IMG/VR virus record: IMGVR_UViG_3300045988_061461
From: a virus
Strand: one strand, 5' to 3'
DNA: 53,833 nucleotides
This document shows positions 50,404 to 53,833 of the stretch, in pieces. The position numbers and the translations under genes were made by a program. The first letter of the stretch is position 1. Each line of letters starts with the position of its first letter. Below the pieces are notes generated by a model that was not told the DNA's origin, ran no database searches, and saw only the letters and a list, made by a program, of their open reading frames with translations.

Positions 50404-51107
50404 ACAGCTTCCCTTTCTCTGAATTCGTCTTCATCAATTTCTTTCCAGCCAGATTCTTCATTAGAATCTTCTTTATAGAATTTATGAATGATGTCCTCTG
50501 ATCCGTCCGGAAATCTCACAGACCAGACAGCGATAGTATCAAAGTCTCCACCTTTTTCGGGATCAAACAAAATCTCGGACATTTTGACAACATAAGGTTT
50601 GTTTTCAGGAATATACGGAAAAGTAATCGGATACATTTTGTCAATAAGTCTGGAAGCTACGCCTGAATACCAAGGAATATCAGGATTTTCAGAATTAACG
50701 ACGTTTGCTATGACTCGGTTAATATCATGATATCGAACTGTTCCATCCGAAAATATATCTTTAGATAACGATGACATCCTCGTGCACTGATAAGATTCAT
50801 AACCCAGATGTTTGGAATTTAATCGATAATTCCAAACATCAGGTGTATCCTCGATAGGAGTAAGCGGCTTGCCGTCAATAAGACGGCTTAAAAACCGTTT
50901 TGTGATCATGATAGACGTTCCACTATGTTCGTCTTCATAAAGGGATTTAAGGGCCTTTAAAGCGCTCTCATAGCATGCTATAGTGTAATCCAGGAACTCG
51001 TGATCACCCTCTTGTTCAGCACTGGCCTTTTCTCTGTTAATTGCAATTTCGATTTCTTTCTTTGCCCATTCAAGAATATCCATATTTTTATTCTCCCATC
51101 TTATCAA
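50388..51107 (-). CDS. hypothetical protein (239 aa)
   Basis: ORF in the gene chain. Confidence 0.65.
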   Translation of the reverse strand: MIRWENKNMDILEWAKKEIEIAINREKASAEQEGDHEFLDYTIACYESALKALKSLYEDEHSGTSIMITKRFLSRLIDGKPLTPIEDTPDVWNYRLNSKHLGYESYQCTRMSSLSKDIFSDGTVRYHDINRVIANVVNSENPDIPWYSGVASRLIDKMYPITFPYIPENKPYVVKMSEILFDPEKGGDFDTIAVWSVRFPDGSEDIIHKFYKEDSNEESGWKEIDEDEFREREAVCNSR

Positions 51108-51435
51108 TATCGTCAGTCATGTTAATAAGTGTCAGATTTTCAGGAGCTACATAGTAAACTGCAGATTTTCCAGACACCTGAATCATCGCAACTTCGAACA
51201 TCCCAGTATCTTTATGATAAACACATCCACTGAGTCGCTTTGTCATTACATATCCATCCATAAATCTAACTTCAGCTCGAACAAAGTCGCCCGTAAGATT
51301 GACAATATTGTCGTCAGCTGTTTTGGAGTCTTTTTTGTCAATCGTAGTTCCGAGGAACATTCCTACAGTAAATGCGATTACAATCAATCCGAGAAATACA
51401 TAGATAAGAAATCCTGGCATGTTATGATGTTCCAT
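51088..51435 (-). CDS. N-anchored membrane protein (start moved to MEHHNMPG)
   Basis: AAAGGAGAACTAAAA lies before the ATG at 51435. TM helix FLIYVFLGLIVIAFTVGMFLG. Confidence 0.6.
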   Translation of the reverse strand: MEHHNMPGFLIYVFLGLIVIAFTVGMFLGTTIDKKDSKTADDNIVNLTGDFVRAEVRFMDGYVMTKRLSGCVYHKDTGMFEVAMIQVSGKSAVYYVAPENLTLINMTDDIDKMGE

Positions 51436-51545
51436 TTTTAGTTCTCCTTTCATTTTTAGAAAATTAGGCGATATCCTCCGCCATATCATACATCATTTGA
51501 GCGCCCGTCTTAATAGACTCAGTAAGATAAGTGCGATATTGCTCA

Positions 51546-52286
51546 CTAGTCATTATTTATCTCCTTACCAGTAATCAACTCACTATACGGCAGATCCTCG
51601 ATCCAGTCACAGAATGTATGCCACTCATCAAGTTTATGGTTCCGACGAGACTTGTAGATATTGGTCAAGACTTCATAGTTCAGCATGATTGTCCGACGCT
51701 GATTATAAGAACTCGGAAGAAGCTGGATCATCTGCCACCAGTCCTGCTTATCCTTGGTTTCAAGGTAACTTTTGCGATATGCATTTAACGTCTCAATCGT
51801 GCATCTAAGAATATCAAGAGGCGTCATCCATACCTTGTGTGAAGAAGTAATGTCTTCATCGACAATAGCACTCTCGATCCAGTCACGATGATAGGGTTCA
51901 TCATTCAGATGTTCGCAACTAAAATCATTCAGCGTAAACTCTTTATCCGCAATCTTGTGCATCGTAGAGCAAGAGTTTGCAACTGTACCAACTTTGTAAG
52001 TGTCGAACTCCTTCCACCAGTACAATGGTGCCGTAATATCAAGATAAACGGTAATCATCCGCATAAATTTACGATGATCTGTACCGGAATTACGAAGACG
52101 AGTCATTAGGTCGAGATCGTTTTCTCCAAGAAGAAACGCGGTTTCATCGCTGATCATAACAGCTTTTGTAGAGTCGTATAAATAGCTCCAATGACTATCA
52201 CTCTTCTTCCAAGAGTTCATCGGATTACGCATGCCTCTGATGGCTGCCTCCCAACCCATAACGTCAACGTTTTCAATTTTCAGCAT
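51546..52286 (-). CDS. ThyX-fold (flavin-dependent thymidylate synthase-like) protein with a non-canonical active-site motif
   Basis: APLYWWKEFDTYKVGTVANSCSTMH aligns with canonical APIFVARQW.RHR..S....S.RY. The C-terminal N.EVL..IY..R block is also ThyX-like. Confidence 0.6.
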   Translation of the reverse strand: MLKIENVDVMGWEAAIRGMRNPMNSWKKSDSHWSYLYDSTKAVMISDETAFLLGENDLDLMTRLRNSGTDHRKFMRMITVYLDITAPLYWWKEFDTYKVGTVANSCSTMHKIADKEFTLNDFSCEHLNDEPYHRDWIESAIVDEDITSSHKVWMTPLDILRCTIETLNAYRKSYLETKDKQDWWQMIQLLPSSYNQRRTIMLNYEVLTNIYKSRRNHKLDEWHTFCDWIEDLPYSELITGKEINND

Positions 52287-52320
52287 CTTCGTTCTCCTTT
52301 CAGTATGAAATTAATTATCC

Positions 52321-52755
52321 TTAAATGATAGGCCTGTTATCTGGCTCTTTATTAATAATCTTCACCTTATATCCAAGTTCTTTCTCAATATCGTCGAGAG
52401 TCATTTCTCTAGAAGCATACTCTGTGATAATATCAAAACAACAGCCAGGCTCTTTAACACCTCGCTCAATCGCAAGATCGCAAATAGAATCGTGTAGAGG
52501 CATTGAGTCGATACAATTTATATAAGGAAGCTCTGATAAACTTCTAGTTATCTTTGATCCAGTTTGTGAATAAGGTTGCAGTCTACTAATATACGGCAAA
52601 CCTCTCTGTTGAAATGGTATTGCAGCTTTAGGAATTATAGCCGTATGCTTATTTCCCTTCTCATCTTCGTATTTATAGACTAACTTAAGATACCAGAACC
52701 CATCCTCCTTAAAAGGAACAATACTAGAAAGCTCAGCGTTATTTCTATTCATCAA
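52321..52755 (-). CDS. hypothetical protein (144 aa)
   Basis: ORF with an SD. Confidence 0.65.
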   Translation of the reverse strand: MMNRNNAELSSIVPFKEDGFWYLKLVYKYEDEKGNKHTAIIPKAAIPFQQRGLPYISRLQPYSQTGSKITRSLSELPYINCIDSMPLHDSICDLAIERGVKEPGCCFDIITEYASREMTLDDIEKELGYKVKIINKEPDNRPII

Positions 52756-52843
52756 ATATCAAATCCTTTCTCTAATTTAATTTTAATAAATATTCCGTAC
52801 TCACCGTCATCGGTAGCAAGAGTTTTGCCCATAAAAAGAATTG

Positions 52844-53047
52844 TTAGCCATTATTTTTATTCTCCTCACTACGTTTAAGATATCTATAAAGAGCCTCACA
52901 CTTGTAGCAGTTCTTACATTTGACGATTGTGTCACCAATAAAACCATGTGGTTCGTTATCAACGTATAATAATTCAGGTCGAGCTGTTACACAAGGCTCG
53001 AATTCCACGCAGTTCTGGCAATACTCACATACATCAAGTTTAATCAT
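52844..53047 (-). CDS. Cys-rich zinc-ribbon-like protein (67 aa)
   Basis: CEYCQNC..EPC ... CKNCYKC. Confidence 0.6.
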   Translation of the reverse strand: MIKLDVCEYCQNCVEFEPCVTARPELLYVDNEPHGFIGDTIVKCKNCYKCEALYRYLKRSEENKNNG

Positions 53048-53240
53048 CTTTGTTCTCCTTTTTAAAACACTGAACTACAAAGTTTGCTCCTACAAACATT
53101 TCTCCGTCTTCCATTCTTTCTAGAATATCAATAAATCTCTGACCAGAAACATCTTCTTTGTTAGTCAAAGTCATCCTAGCTGCCGCGATAGCAGGATTAG
53201 AATAAGGTGTGCTACGATGATTAATTGTTAACATGTACAT
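53040..53240 (-). CDS. hypothetical protein (66 aa)
   Basis: ORF in the gene chain. Confidence 0.55.
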   Translation of the reverse strand: MYMLTINHRSTPYSNPAIAAARMTLTNKEDVSGQRFIDILERMEDGEMFVGANFVVQCFKKENKDD

Positions 53241-53242
53241 AA

Positions 53243-53629
53243 TTAGTTCTCCTTTTCCTCCTGAGTTGCAAAATGCTTAACAATTGTTTCGTATCGTTTT
53301 TCTTTAGCGATTTTATAGATCGTTTCCAATTCTTCAAAGGTAAGAGTTACTGACAAATTGTTTAGACATTTTGCTTTCTCAGTCGAATCGTCATATTGAC
53401 AGATATCAATCGTAATACCTTTTCCCCAACTGGTGCCCAACACCTCTTGCCAAAGTAGAATGTCGTTGAACGAAATAGCTATGTCATTTGAGATGTGCTT
53501 ATGCGAATAGACTTCTGCTTTTTCTTTGAGCAAGCCTGTCCATCCGGTGCTAGGTATACTGGATGTCTTCCATCCAAACTTTCTTCTGAGCTTGTTCTGC
53601 TGGTTCTTTCTCTTCTTAGTCATTTTCAT
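53243..53629 (-). CDS. hypothetical basic protein (start moved to MKMTKKRKN)
   Basis: AAAGGAGAACTAAAA lies before the ATG at 53629. The 32-nt leader is identical to that of 51088..51435. Confidence 0.6.
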   Translation of the reverse strand: MKMTKKRKNQQNKLRRKFGWKTSSIPSTGWTGLLKEKAEVYSHKHISNDIAISFNDILLWQEVLGTSWGKGITIDICQYDDSTEKAKCLNNLSVTLTFEELETIYKIAKEKRYETIVKHFATQEEKEN

Positions 53630-53654
53630 TTTTAGTTCTCCTTTCATTTTTAGA

Positions 53655-53683
53655 AAATCAAAAGAAGGAGCCTAAGCCCCTTC
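53655..53683 (-). terminator. intrinsic terminator with an embedded stop codon
   Basis: Minus strand AAGGGGC-UUAG-GCUCCUU then CUUUUGAUUUUC. Confidence 0.55.
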
Positions 53684-53833
53684 AATTTCAAATTTTGGAT
53701 CAATGATTCCATCTTTTGCTTCTACTACATAATAGTATAATACTTCGCCATTATTAACTAAAACCAATTTGCGTTTTATGATTCTTCCACCACATTCTGC
53801 TAATTTGGTTTCAAAATAACTAGCTACATCTTT
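53672..53833 (-). CDS. 3' part of the junction-spanning 62-aa hypothetical protein
   Basis: Full product MMKYYAYVAKDVASYFETKLAECGGRIIKRKLVLVNNGEVLYYYVVEAKDGIIDPKFEIEGA when the circle is closed. Confidence 0.5.
   Translation of the reverse strand, partial: KDVASYFETKLAECGGRIIKRKLVLVNNGEVLYYYVVEAKDGIIDPKFEIEGA
53779..53833. repeat. terminal 55-nt exact direct repeat (copy 2)
   Basis: Identical to 1-55. Confidence 0.9.

Noticed and set aside
52756-52843. 26-aa minus-strand ORF (MGKTLATDDGEYGIFIKIKLEKGFDI) in the gap before 52321-52755
   Set aside because: It has no Shine-Dalgarno sequence and no promoter motif upstream. It is too short to support on sequence alone.
1-53833. Lysogeny module (integrase, CI/Cro-type repressors, attP)
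   Set aside because: No tyrosine or serine recombinase motifs and no divergent repressor pair were found. The tRNA-like fragments are complete minihelices rather than 3' tRNA halves next to an integrase.

Overview
The window is one complete, circularly closed genome of an AT-rich tailed phage. Bases 1-55 are identical to 53779-53833, leaving about 53.78 kb unique. It is siphovirus-type (HK97-fold capsid, very long tape measure), and the host looks like a low-GC Gram-positive: strong AAGGAGG Shine-Dalgarno sites, an NlpC/P60 plus PG_binding_1 endolysin, an LL-H-type holin and Listeria-Bacteroides repeats in a tail protein. Every credible gene (about 80) is on the minus strand, and many are coupled by ATGA or TAATG overlaps. 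All long plus-strand ORFs in the track look like antisense shadows. No integrase or repressor is visible, so the phage is probably virulent.

Modules in transcription order (high to low coordinates, wrapping through position 1):
1. Small early genes plus a nucleotide/folate module: divergent ThyX-like protein, FolD-like protein, MazG.
2. An iteron-rich, origin-like gap at 48.16-48.69 kb.
3. A VRR-NUC nuclease, a PD-(D/E)XK nuclease, and a 953-aa protein I read as a YonO-like single-chain two-barrel RNA polymerase with HTH domains.
4. A structured gap with a 28-bp perfect inverted repeat and a GC-rich island.
5. A long late block from 43.8 to 17.4 kb: endolysin, two holin-like proteins, a TerS-like protein, HNH, fibre-like proteins, TerL, portal, a protease-scaffold-capsid fusion, major tail protein, chaperones, a 2419-aa tape measure, Dit, a Gp37-like protein and an adhesin.
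6. An unusual island at 17.4-10 kb of autonomous promoter / small membrane ORF / terminator cassettes, interleaved with three paralogous N-anchored proteins.
7. A replication module: a helicase-primase-PolB single polypeptide, an SSB-like protein, an SF2 helicase and a dCMP deaminase.
8. A phage sigma factor.

A conserved motif, CGCGAAAA-N10-TATTATGAG, recurs about 13 times as a likely phage-specific promoter. Two gaps carry candidate non-coding RNAs, including two anticodon-arm-less tRNA-like elements. All functional calls come from motif recognition by eye; no searches were run.
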